35,409 bases of DNA from a virus. Lineage: Duplodnaviria > Caudoviricetes. The notes under the pieces are model-generated. The model ran no database searches, had not been told where the DNA came from, and worked only from the letters and a program-made list of their open reading frames with translations. Made by a program: the position numbers and the translations under genes. The stretch spans positions 1-35,409 of the IMG/VR virus record IMGVR_UViG_3300014159_000003, one strand, 5' to 3'. Each line of letters starts with the position of its first letter. The first letter of the stretch is position 1. This document shows, piece by piece, positions 18,633 to 27,295 of the stretch.

Positions 18633-18643
18633 TATTCTCTCCT

Positions 18644-18676
18644 AAAAAAGGGGGACGTTGCTTAATCCGCCCCCCC
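18644..18676 (-). terminator. Intrinsic terminator
   Basis: GGGGGGCG-10nt-CGTCCCCC followed by a T run. Confidence 0.6.
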
Positions 18677-18680
18677 ATAA

Positions 18681-18830
18681 TTATCGTACTCGTCTGACTA
18701 AATTGGAAGCCAGTGTTTCATCAATTTTCTTATCTTCAGGCGTCTTCTTGCTTTCCATATTAGGTGGCACACCCAATATTTTATAGGCAATCTCGCACGC
18801 CCTTTTTGAAGGTCGTGGCATAGCAGGCAT
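18681..18830 (-). CDS. Hypothetical 49-aa protein (not in ORF track)
   Basis: MPAMPRPSKRACEIAYKILGVPP...; starts 2 nt after the upstream stop. Confidence 0.6.
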   Translation of the reverse strand: MPAMPRPSKRACEIAYKILGVPPNMESKKTPEDKKIDETLASNLVRRVR

Positions 18831-18832
18831 TA

Positions 18833-19144
18833 CTATGACTTCTTTCTACGATTCAATTGACGCATTGTGCCTGAATGTCCTTCACTAATGTTACTATCGA
18901 TGCCAGCAATAGTATCATCAATTGTAGAAGGTAATCCTTCATTAGGCATAGGGTACCGCTTGATCATTGTTTTCTGTGGCATATTGGCCATTTCATTGTG
19001 ATCTTCATGAAGCATTCCACCATGACGTTCAGCATAAAGACCGGCATCCATGCCTGCATCTCTACCTTCACCATCATAACGAGAATCTCTCACTTTCATG
19101 CCATCTCTATGATGAGATGAATGATGTTTCTTCTTCATTGCCAT
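18833..19144 (-). CDS. Hypothetical protein (likely start MAMKKKHH at 19144)
   Basis: M/H-rich, EDH..MANMPQ motif, follows portal. Confidence 0.65.
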   Translation of the reverse strand: MAMKKKHHSSHHRDGMKVRDSRYDGEGRDAGMDAGLYAERHGGMLHEDHNEMANMPQKTMIKRYPMPNEGLPSTIDDTIAGIDSNISEGHSGTMRQLNRRKKS

Positions 19145-19257
19145 ATCATACCTTTCCGGTAGCAACTGTGCTCTAAGAGCACAAGGATTAAACCTCTAAC
19201 TACCTACACAGAAACATTCTGAGCAGGTCCTAGACCTACAAAGTCTAGTTTATACCA

Positions 19258-21333
19258 TCATGCACCTACTCCTTCGAGTTGTTGTCCCAAAGTCTGTGCT
19301 TGACCTTGAGATTGTGCCACAGATTGCTGCGGCGTATTAAATTCTTCTTGATTCGCTTCTTGCTGTTTCAATTGTTGTACCAAGGCTATCGCTTTTTCAA
19401 TATGCATCAAGTCCATAGTATCAATTTCTTTGAGCGTTCTAACCATAGTAAGTAGAGCTTGATCTCTATCTTTAACTGCAGCGGCTTTACGTTCTTGCGC
19501 AAGAGCTTTATTTTCTTCAACACGAGACAGTCTTTCTACACCAAGACCTTCATCAGCAACCGCTCTAGCTTCTGCTAATTTGATACGTGCTTCTTTATCT
19601 CGAAGATCCATATCATTTTGAAGATTTTGAATCTCTGTTTGTTGATCATTTGTTGCCTTGATAGCATCAGTAATTTTCTTTTTATTCTGTAGCGTAGACG
19701 CTTCAATGAATTGATCATCAGGTATAGCGACCCCTGCTTGCTTAAGAGCAAACATTTGTGAGAATTGCATTTGCTTCTGGGTAGAAGTATTAATACCTTC
19801 TTCAACAGCACAATGATATTTAGCAAAAAACTTATTATAGAATTGATTAGATGGTTCTTCGCCTTCGAGAATCTTTTTAATCTTTCCTGGTGTCCAATTG
19901 AGCATTATAAGATCTAATGTACGATGACCAACAAGTTTCTGAGCAAAGTCTAAGCGATCAAATACCCCTTCTTGAGCTATTTGACCGGCACCTTGGCGAA
20001 GCATAGATAATATACCAGCAATATCATCAGCGCCCATGCCAAGTTTTTCTTCAGAGATACCGGCTATATAGTTCATTTCTTTACCAAGAGCTTCGGATAC
20101 TGCAAGGTTTGACTGTGGTATATCAGCTGCAGGTATCTTTTCAACATCAGTCATTTGCGCAGTAGATTTAAGCGCTATTCCTTTACCTTGTCCTTGAAGG
20201 AATATATCAGCAGGATTAATAAGAGCAGATTCTTTGTATTTCCAACCAGATGATATTTGTGATTCAAGGATATCAAGTTCAATTACTTTGCGTCTATTGT
20301 AGAGGAACTGTGCATCTCTAAGACCACGAACGATACCCTGGCAACGCCATGGTGCATAAGGCATCTGTGGATAATAATAAGTAAATACTGGAACAAAAGG
20401 ATAAGCATCAGCACCTGAAGGTTGTGGACCATCCCAAAGCACTCTCCCTTGAACTACAATGCAGAGATTTACTGTAGCTATCTCTTGATCTAATACCTCT
20501 ACTTGTGGATAGAGCAACATAAATTGTTTAAGTTTATCAGTATCTTCTGATCGGAACTCCATAGTATCACCAGTCTCAGTATCAACAACAAGTTTCTGGG
20601 TACGATAGGTACGATAATAGTATTGATCATAAGAGAGTAAGTTCTTAGTACTATAATTATAATTTTCACTCATAAACTGGAATTTGCCGTCACGATAATC
20701 TTCAGCTTGTAAAGACATAATTGTTTCTTTTTGGGCTGGAAAGAGTGAAAGGCATTCACGTCTTGTTAAATAAGTACGTTTCCAGATAGCATTGCAATCA
20801 GATAGATCTGCTTTACGGAAGAACGGATCCATAATGAATTCATTATAGGCACAGTTGGAGTATTTGATGGCGCCATTGATAGGATCTTCACGATAGTCCA
20901 TCCAAATTTCTATAAGATTGAGTCCCGTAGTCGTTGATCCTTCAAATGCATCAGATATTGTCTCAAGCATTCCCTCAACGCGAGAGTTCCACAGCAACAC
21001 TTTTGACAATTGATCTGCTGTTTCTTGGTCACCATTCTCTACGGGTATAACTATAGTGGATTTACGATTCTGCCGTTGATAACCAACGAGAGAATTGTGC
21101 AATGGGCGTATCCGGTTAAAATTGAACATACGACGACGATTGATAGGCACCACGCCATACATATCATTCCATAAAGTCTGATCGCCTGCAAGGAATCGTT
21201 GATCAGTATCTGCTTCGGCCCAATAAGTTTGCCATATAGTTATTGCCTGGGCATAGAATGCTTCCATCTCACCAAGACGACGTAAATCATGAGGAGATTG
21301 GTATTGATAATTATCACCGGGAAATAGGGACAT
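19258..21333 (-). CDS. Portal protein (P22-like)
   Basis: 691 aa; GDQ.W, FNFNRIRP, GYQRQNR, YPFVP, GIVRGLRDAQ..YN.R motifs; C-terminal coiled-coil barrel. Confidence 0.9.
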   Translation of the reverse strand: MSLFPGDNYQYQSPHDLRRLGEMEAFYAQAITIWQTYWAEADTDQRFLAGDQTLWNDMYGVVPINRRRMFNFNRIRPLHNSLVGYQRQNRKSTIVIPVENGDQETADQLSKVLLWNSRVEGMLETISDAFEGSTTTGLNLIEIWMDYREDPINGAIKYSNCAYNEFIMDPFFRKADLSDCNAIWKRTYLTRRECLSLFPAQKETIMSLQAEDYRDGKFQFMSENYNYSTKNLLSYDQYYYRTYRTQKLVVDTETGDTMEFRSEDTDKLKQFMLLYPQVEVLDQEIATVNLCIVVQGRVLWDGPQPSGADAYPFVPVFTYYYPQMPYAPWRCQGIVRGLRDAQFLYNRRKVIELDILESQISSGWKYKESALINPADIFLQGQGKGIALKSTAQMTDVEKIPAADIPQSNLAVSEALGKEMNYIAGISEEKLGMGADDIAGILSMLRQGAGQIAQEGVFDRLDFAQKLVGHRTLDLIMLNWTPGKIKKILEGEEPSNQFYNKFFAKYHCAVEEGINTSTQKQMQFSQMFALKQAGVAIPDDQFIEASTLQNKKKITDAIKATNDQQTEIQNLQNDMDLRDKEARIKLAEARAVADEGLGVERLSRVEENKALAQERKAAAVKDRDQALLTMVRTLKEIDTMDLMHIEKAIALVQQLKQQEANQEEFNTPQQSVAQSQGQAQTLGQQLEGVGA

Positions 21334-21413
21334 TGTTACATACCCTCTCTTTTTAGTCCTTCATAGCCTTTTGGCATAGTAGGATTTTGCTTCAAGACTG
21401 TTGCTTCATCGTC

Positions 21414-21442
21414 AGTCTAGAACCAGAAGAGGGTTTACGCAA
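21414..21442 (-). promoter_or_regulatory. Putative sigma70-type promoter for the portal/head operon
   Basis: TTGCGT-17-TAGACT about 80 nt upstream of the portal ATG. Confidence 0.6.
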
Positions 21443-21643
21443 TCTAGAATTACTTAATCTTTAGGGCAAAGACAAAGATGGAAACTGAATGAGCGCGAAC
21501 TTATCCAGTTTCCTAATTAATATGGGACTAGGCCCAAAGAACATAGTTTTATATTAGTATCTTCTATGAGTTATGACAATGTTTCTGTCTTGCGTAAATA
21601 ACCTCAAAGAGAGTTTATGCATAAAAGTGTCGATATTGACCTG

Positions 21644-21913
21644 TTATTCCCCGAGATATTTAACCCATTCGTATCGTCTATCATCATCTTCAATTTTTCC
21701 AACCGGCATCATTGCCCAAATTGTATGGATAGTCCCATGTGCATCATTTGGAATCCTAACGTACCACGTTGAATAGGGAACCGCCTTGTCTTCAATGGTT
21801 GGTGCCCTACTTGAAATTATACTTGATCCTGCTTTTGGATTGCACATAAAGTCATTACGACACACATGAAGACAGTTTTTATCTCGTAGAAATTTCAGTA
21901 AAAACTTGCGCAT
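21644..21913 (-). CDS. Hypothetical protein
   Basis: 89 aa, AAGGAG RBS. Confidence 0.6.
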   Translation of the reverse strand: MRKFLLKFLRDKNCLHVCRNDFMCNPKAGSSIISSRAPTIEDKAVPYSTWYVRIPNDAHGTIHTIWAMMPVGKIEDDDRRYEWVKYLGE

Positions 21914-21953
21914 ATGCTAACACTCCTTGGTAATAGTTTGTACTTGACACTCA

Positions 21954-22664
21954 CTAGAACTCCTTACACTTAAGTTTCATCATCAACGGCTCACCATTGC
22001 GCAACAATAGAAGCTGCTCAGGACGAGCGATAATTCCTTCCATGACCTGTGGTATTACCGAGCATAAAGACAGTGGCTTAGATTTGACATAGGCCGCTAT
22101 TTCATCTTCAGTCATGATGCCAATAATAGGCGCATAGGATATACCAAGTTTATCCGCTATCTTTTTTACGTCATCTTGCTTGAGCCACCAACCATCTACA
22201 TAAACATCAAAGAGAATGAAGCTTTGATCTTTGCGATAGTTACCACCACCTTTTTGTATTCTGGAACCGTAGCCTTCGCCGAAAAGAATTACTTCTTTCT
22301 TAATTTTGTCCAACTCGAGAGGAAACACTTGTTCTAAAAGAACATGCGTGAAATGGTCAAACAGAATGTCATCGAGAGGATGAGGCAATATGGCTTCCTC
22401 AGTTCTTCCACTAAACTCTAGACTCAATATTGTACATAAATCATTGCCTCTGATAACTCTTTCACGGCAGTACTCAATCCTTATATTAATGCCATCAATC
22501 TTCTCTTGGACTAACCATGTCTTTATGTTACCAAACTCTGGTATGGCGTAGTCACCCACTATGAAAGATTGCCTACCTGATTGGTATGCAGGGTTATTCT
22601 TTTTACCCTTTTCTAGGTACCAACCCTGGCGTTTCCATAGCGAATGTATCTTAGGATATTTCAC
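21954..22664 (-). CDS. ATP-dependent RNA ligase (Rnl2-like nucleotidyltransferase domain)
   Basis: YPKI, motif I EKIDG, LFGEGYG..IQ, FILFDV, EGIIARP, terminal KLK. Confidence 0.85.
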   Translation of the reverse strand: MKYPKIHSLWKRQGWYLEKGKKNNPAYQSGRQSFIVGDYAIPEFGNIKTWLVQEKIDGINIRIEYCRERVIRGNDLCTILSLEFSGRTEEAILPHPLDDILFDHFTHVLLEQVFPLELDKIKKEVILFGEGYGSRIQKGGGNYRKDQSFILFDVYVDGWWLKQDDVKKIADKLGISYAPIIGIMTEDEIAAYVKSKPLSLCSVIPQVMEGIIARPEQLLLLRNGEPLMMKLKCKEF

Positions 22665-22708
22665 GCTTATTCCTTAATTTCTTTTTGAGTCTGTAACGAA
22701 ATACATAG

Positions 22709-22945
22709 TTAATCTTCAATCAATCTAAACTTAAAGTGATGCATATCAATACATTCTTGATTATGTTCAGGCATAGCCAAATGCAGTACAAAGATAAACT
22801 TCTCAAGTTCAATAGCAGTAAGAAGATGCGAATCTCTATTTATAGAGAATTTACCTATAAAGCCATCAGGGTCTTCTTTGATGAGTCCGGCCTTAATAAG
22901 CTTCTTTACTATGCGATCAATACTTATCGATCTAGTTTTGGCCAT
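22709..22945 (-). CDS. Hypothetical protein
   Basis: 78 aa, AAGGA RBS. Confidence 0.55.
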   Translation of the reverse strand: MAKTRSISIDRIVKKLIKAGLIKEDPDGFIGKFSINRDSHLLTAIELEKFIFVLHLAMPEHNQECIDMHHFKFRLIED

Positions 22946-22979
22946 TAGACTTTCCTTTGCAGCATATCTGTTTCATTAG

Positions 22980-23213
22980 TTAACGGTGCTTATCTCTGAA
23001 AAACCAATCTACTACCTGCTTATCAGTTTCTTTTGCAAGTGGTCTACGCTTAGATTTATATTCAAGCTGCTTCTCGATTCTTGAGACGCGATCCCTCAAA
23101 GACGCCAGAAGCGTGGTTATCTCCATATCGTTAACTGTTAACTCGCCAAACTTACGAGATATCCAAGCGTCATCATGAGTACATTTGAGTTTATTCTTTA
23201 TCCATTTGATCAT
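22980..23213 (-). CDS. Hypothetical coiled-coil protein
   Basis: 77 aa, abuts upstream gene, GAGG RBS. Confidence 0.55.
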   Translation of the reverse strand: MIKWIKNKLKCTHDDAWISRKFGELTVNDMEITTLLASLRDRVSRIEKQLEYKSKRRPLAKETDKQVVDWFFRDKHR

Positions 23214-23507
23214 CTATTTCTCCTCGATTTTACTAATCGGCGCACGGCTTCCTTTCTCATGATGAAACACCTTTAACTGAAATTTTTCTTCTATATTGGA
23301 TATGCGTTTATGAATGTAATCAGCGGTTGTCTTATTGTTTACACAATTGCTATAAAGACGCTCGATCTTCTCGCATCTACTGGCCAAAGAAAGCATATTC
23401 TCCTCAATACGAGCAATACGCTTAAATAACTTCTCAACTCCCTCGTCTATTTTCCAAAAAGTATCGTCATTTTTTTCTGGTTTATCAGGTAAACGCATCC
23501 AATTCAT
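23214..23507 (-). CDS. Hypothetical coiled-coil protein
   Basis: 97 aa, ATGA overlap with upstream gene. Confidence 0.55.
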   Translation of the reverse strand: MNWMRLPDKPEKNDDTFWKIDEGVEKLFKRIARIEENMLSLASRCEKIERLYSNCVNNKTTADYIHKRISNIEEKFQLKVFHHEKGSRAPISKIEEK

Positions 23508-23809
23508 TTGCTCTCTTCTTCGTTGTATAATTTCGAATATCTCTCAACCATGTTATAATAATATTCTTTAAGAATTGGTTTAGACGTAATCTCTTTAATA
23601 ATCCAAAAAATTTGATCATGAAGTGTAGCAAGAATCGCTAATCGATGCCGTCTATCTTCTGCCGATACATCTTTAAAGTTAAAATAATAAGAAGTTATAG
23701 TTGCTACTAATGCACCCCTCTCGTGCTCAGGCAATTCTTCAATTATTTTGAATATATGTTCAAATGTTTCTTTATATTTTTCATCAAGATGTCTACTTTT
23801 TATTTCCAA
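23504..23809 (-). CDS. Hypothetical protein
   Basis: 101 aa, TTG start with AGGAG RBS. Confidence 0.55.
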   Translation of the reverse strand: MEIKSRHLDEKYKETFEHIFKIIEELPEHERGALVATITSYYFNFKDVSAEDRRHRLAILATLHDQIFWIIKEITSKPILKEYYYNMVERYSKLYNEEESK

Positions 23810-23944
23810 GTTGTACTCCTGAATTTGTCGTTCTTAATAACTACTTCAACTAGAATCGATAATGATTAAAGCATTAACTTTTCTTTAGAAATAATCATAT
23901 CCATATCTGATTTGAGTACCCATTTACCATGCTCATGAAGAAAT

Positions 23945-24022
23945 TTATGTTTTTGTATGCGGTATTTCTTTATGAACCCCTCGAGTTGGTGTGGAAACAC
24001 GAGCAAAGATAATAGCTTTCAT
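23945..24022 (-). pseudogene. Possible truncated serine recombinase remnant
   Basis: MKAIIFARVST matches the (Y/F)ARVS catalytic N-terminus, then stops after 25 aa. Confidence 0.4.
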
Positions 24023-24025
24023 TTT

Positions 24026-24211
24026 TTACGCAGGCTTTATGTTATTGAGGAGTGTTTCGAGATCTTCTTTTTTGTAAAGCCGGTAACGATTCAGAGGGTT
24101 GCGATACGTGCTAATCTTTTTGTCTCTTTCCCAGTTTCTCAACGTATTTGGTACCACGCCAAGAAACTTTGCTGCTTCTTTTATCGTTAGATAATCAATA
24201 ATTTTGTTCAT
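24026..24211 (-). CDS. MerR-family/excisionase-like HTH protein (likely start 24211)
   Basis: YLTIKEAAKFLGVVPNTLRNWE...NRYRLYKKEDL. Confidence 0.85.
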   Translation of the reverse strand: MNKIIDYLTIKEAAKFLGVVPNTLRNWERDKKISTYRNPLNRYRLYKKEDLETLLNNIKPA

Positions 24212-24253
24212 GCTTATGCCTTCCGTAAGTAACTCATTTAAGCTTACCAAACA

Positions 24254-24445
24254 TTAATCAGAAGTTCGTTCTTCTCTAAAGAATTTACAACATGGTTTAG
24301 AGAAATTTCTATCTTTATCTAAAGATTTGAGTCCTTGCAATTCATAGTACTTTTCAATTTTTTCTAGTCGTTGATTAGTAAGTTCTTGTAAAGTAATTGT
24401 TGCATTATTTTCTCTATATAATCTTTTAAAAAACCATCTAAACAT
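24254..24445 (-). CDS. Hypothetical protein
   Basis: 63 aa, AAGGA RBS. Confidence 0.5.
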   Translation of the reverse strand: MFRWFFKRLYRENNATITLQELTNQRLEKIEKYYELQGLKSLDKDRNFSKPCCKFFREERTSD

Positions 24446-24458
24446 TACTTTTCCTTTA

Positions 24459-24743
24459 TTATTCTCCCGCTACTTCAGCAAGTGCCGTAGTTAATGGCAT
24501 TATGGCTCGGGAGTGTGTTCTTAAGTGTCTTGAAGCTATTGCAGCATCTGTCATTACTGCTGAAGATGATGGGTGGGTGCGTCGGTGATCGCGCACTAGG
24601 ATACGTACATGATGACGATCTAAGTCTGTTACTGTAGGTCTAACGATTGCAATTGAACGTGGAGTTACTTCTCGTATTGCTACTGAACTCTTAGTGCAAC
24701 ATGCTAAGATTTGTGTTGATAAAAACAGACTTAGATATTTCAT
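24459..24743 (-). CDS. Small secreted/lipoprotein-like protein (likely start 24743)
   Basis: MKYLSLFLSTQILAC ends in a lipobox-like ILAC; AAGGAG RBS. Confidence 0.5.
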   Translation of the reverse strand: MKYLSLFLSTQILACCTKSSVAIREVTPRSIAIVRPTVTDLDRHHVRILVRDHRRTHPSSSAVMTDAAIASRHLRTHSRAIMPLTTALAEVAGE

Positions 24744-24753
24744 ATAATCTCCT

Positions 24754-24966
24754 TTAGATAGTATTAACAAACTCCGCAAAGTAAGAATAAGTTCTTAATG
24801 GGAAAGTAACTGATACTAAAGTAGCAGGAATTGGTCGTGGCGAGTAGGGTATTGGTGGTATAGGTGATATGGTAGGTGGACGTATAGCACGATCTTTAAA
24901 TGCTATCGTTATTTTAGCGTTGGAAGCAAACATAAAGCAGGGTAAAAACAACAGGACTAATTTCAT
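24754..24966 (-). CDS. Small secreted-type proline-rich protein
   Basis: MKLVLLFLPCFMFAS signal-like; RPPTISPIPPIPYSPRPIP. Confidence 0.5.
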   Translation of the reverse strand: MKLVLLFLPCFMFASNAKITIAFKDRAIRPPTISPIPPIPYSPRPIPATLVSVTFPLRTYSYFAEFVNTI

Positions 24967-25220
24967 TGTACATCCTTAGGTATTGAATATTGATGTTTTT
25001 CTACAAATTTACGCATCTTGGCTAAGGTACCTGAGTAGATCTTGGTATGATTAGGATCATACATAATCTTGGTAAGCGTTACATATGAGATACCTATATT
25101 TTGGGATAATTTAACACGAGAATAACCAAGATTATTCATAAACTGCTCAAAAATATCTTTCCAATATTTCTTATCTATCTTAATTCCTAATTGATTTGAT
25201 CTAAAGCGCTTTTCATTCAA
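24963..25220 (-). CDS. XRE/Cro-like HTH protein (likely TTG start 25220)
   Basis: SRVKLSQNIGISYVTLTKI helix-turn-helix; AAGGAG RBS. Confidence 0.65.
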   Translation of the reverse strand: MNEKRFRSNQLGIKIDKKYWKDIFEQFMNNLGYSRVKLSQNIGISYVTLTKIMYDPNHTKIYSGTLAKMRKFVEKHQYSIPKDVQ

Positions 25221-25309
25221 TAGAGTCTCCTTGTAATTACTTATACATATTGCTATAATATATAGAGATATATTACTATACTGAATGTGATTGTAAAGGG
25301 TAATAGTGA

Positions 25310-26689
25310 TTAATACCAACCAGATTGATTATTATCCTGGAAGATTGAGGGTAGATTTGATTTGGTACCATACATCGACTCTTTATAACGTTTATCGAGT
25401 TCTTCCGGAGAACCTTGTATGGCTATCATGGGCAATGCACAAGCCATATATCTCATAGCGTCACAAGCATGACTCCAGCGATCATGAAGTGGTTTCTCTG
25501 AAGTGTGAGCTTTAATAGATGTCCTAGCCCGATAGTTATCGAGGGCTTTGATAAGATGAGAGCATTTGTCCTTATCAATCCATAACTTAGAGAAAGTACG
25601 CCTAACAAACTCAATTCCGTCTAATACGCCTGTTCTCACTGGTTCCTCGAACTCTATACCCAACTCTGCATAAAGTGCTCGCTTGGTTAATCCTCGTGCA
25701 GATTCTCTCGCCTCTATATCATGCGGAGGGAAATGACCAGCATAACGATACTCCTTAGATTGAATAACCTTTGCAAAGTGTTCCATGCCTTCATTATTGT
25801 TTTCATAATAATCAATAATCAGCACTCTGGGCCCAATTACCTGAAAGAAGATAATAGCTGTTGGATCTTGGATGCCTAAATCCCATGCGGTATATACTTT
25901 GTGATAAGGATCCCATAAAACGGTACCAATACGATTCTCAAGGTGCATCTTATTAATATACTTAGAGTAATACGCCCCTTCTTGGCCTTCAAATGAACAC
26001 CAGTATTCTTGAGCTGCTTTCTCTGCAGAAATCTCGCCGCGAGCAATGTCGGCGTTAATTGAGTCTATGGAGATGTGTTGCGTATCATCAACAGTCTGTA
26101 CATAGGTAAACCATTCTTTTGGAGAATTCTTCGCCATCGTATAGAAATCATAAAAATGATTCTTACCAGAAGGAGTAGATAGAATAATAATAGATCCTCC
26201 CGATTCTCGTATAATAGGTAGGGCACCAAGCGTATAGGCATCCGGATCTGCAAACGCAAACTCAGAAAATACTATCATCTTCGCATTACGCCCTCTGAGA
26301 GCTGAATCATAAGCATTACTGCCTGAAAGCTTAATAATAGAGCCATTAATAAGATGAACTTGCATCTGTTGTTGATTGATACGCGAAGTCAGTTCGCGAG
26401 GAATGTAGTCCAAAAAGCGATCACCATTCGATGTCATAGCATCCCATATAACACCACGAGCATCCTGATAATAGGGCAGGCAATAGATGTAAGTGCCTAC
26501 AGAACGAATAGCAGCGCGAATCATAAGTATCCATGCAAGCAGATCCTTACCTGAACGACGAGGCATCAAACAGAAGATCTTACGGTATTTGCCACCTTCT
26601 GATTCTAGTGCATTGCAGATCGGAAGTTGATATGCTCTTGGAATAAATTTATTGACGTGGATGATATTAGATTGGGTCTCGCTCTCCAT
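25310..26689 (-). CDS. terL: Terminase large subunit
   Basis: PRAYQ, Walker A RRSGKD, Walker B variant IVFSE, STPSGKNHFY, nuclease WDLG..D and SHACDAMRY. Confidence 0.92.
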   Translation of the reverse strand: MESETQSNIIHVNKFIPRAYQLPICNALESEGGKYRKIFCLMPRRSGKDLLAWILMIRAAIRSVGTYIYCLPYYQDARGVIWDAMTSNGDRFLDYIPRELTSRINQQQMQVHLINGSIIKLSGSNAYDSALRGRNAKMIVFSEFAFADPDAYTLGALPIIRESGGSIIILSTPSGKNHFYDFYTMAKNSPKEWFTYVQTVDDTQHISIDSINADIARGEISAEKAAQEYWCSFEGQEGAYYSKYINKMHLENRIGTVLWDPYHKVYTAWDLGIQDPTAIIFFQVIGPRVLIIDYYENNNEGMEHFAKVIQSKEYRYAGHFPPHDIEARESARGLTKRALYAELGIEFEEPVRTGVLDGIEFVRRTFSKLWIDKDKCSHLIKALDNYRARTSIKAHTSEKPLHDRWSHACDAMRYMACALPMIAIQGSPEELDKRYKESMYGTKSNLPSIFQDNNQSGWY

Positions 26690-27134
26690 TATTTATTTCC
26701 TTTTTCTTTGCTTCGGGGAACTTCTCCAATACTACTATCCTAGTTTCATTGCTGAGTACATTCTGCTGTTGTTCTTTCTCCCACTTATAGTGGATCTTAT
26801 ACATAGGGTCATACATAGCAAGCGTACGCATTACTACCATAGCATTGAGCTTGCCGGTAAGGGCACCTATCTCGCGGCGATTGGCGAGGCGTTGAAGCAC
26901 AATATCTATTGCTTCAGCAAGAGGAGCATAGCGAGTTCTCCAACCATGCCAACTACCATGCGATATGAACCGATCGGCCATAAATTGAGTTATACGAAAT
27001 GAATCTTCTTTAGTTGACCATTCGAGCATATCTTTGATGATATCATCGAGTACTGAATTCTGGATCTCTTTAGGATTATAAATAAATCGAGTCCAAGGTA
27101 TCTCTTCTTTAACTTCCTTTTTCTTGCGTGCCAT
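26667..27134 (-). CDS. terS: Terminase small subunit (P22 gp3-like)
   Basis: Overlaps terL start; RREIGALTGKLN motif. Confidence 0.65.
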   Translation of the reverse strand: MARKKKEVKEEIPWTRFIYNPKEIQNSVLDDIIKDMLEWSTKEDSFRITQFMADRFISHGSWHGWRTRYAPLAEAIDIVLQRLANRREIGALTGKLNAMVVMRTLAMYDPMYKIHYKWEKEQQQNVLSNETRIVVLEKFPEAKKKEINNGERDPI

Positions 27135-27295
27135 TACTTACTCTTTGATGTGATTTTGTGCTTTTCGCATCTATATGCATTGTCTATAAGCTTTTCTAAC
27201 CTATCAAATTCTTGTATAGTTTTTTTCATATCAGACGTGTAAATAGATTCTTGTTCTTTTTTCAGATCGATAGATTGTTTTTTATTTCTTTCCAT
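27134..27295 (-). CDS. Hypothetical 53-aa protein (not in ORF track)
   Basis: MERNKKQSIDL...; TAATG-coupled to terS. Confidence 0.45.
   Translation of the reverse strand: MERNKKQSIDLKKEQESIYTSDMKKTIQEFDRLEKLIDNAYRCEKHKITSKSK

Noticed and set aside
18226-18645. 139-aa Phe-rich plus-strand ORF as a holin
   Set aside because: Antisense shadow of Lys-rich genes (AAA read as TTT)
26652-27002. 116-aa hydrophobic ORF as a holin
   Set aside because: Out-of-frame overlap almost entirely inside terS with no convincing RBS; cannot be supported
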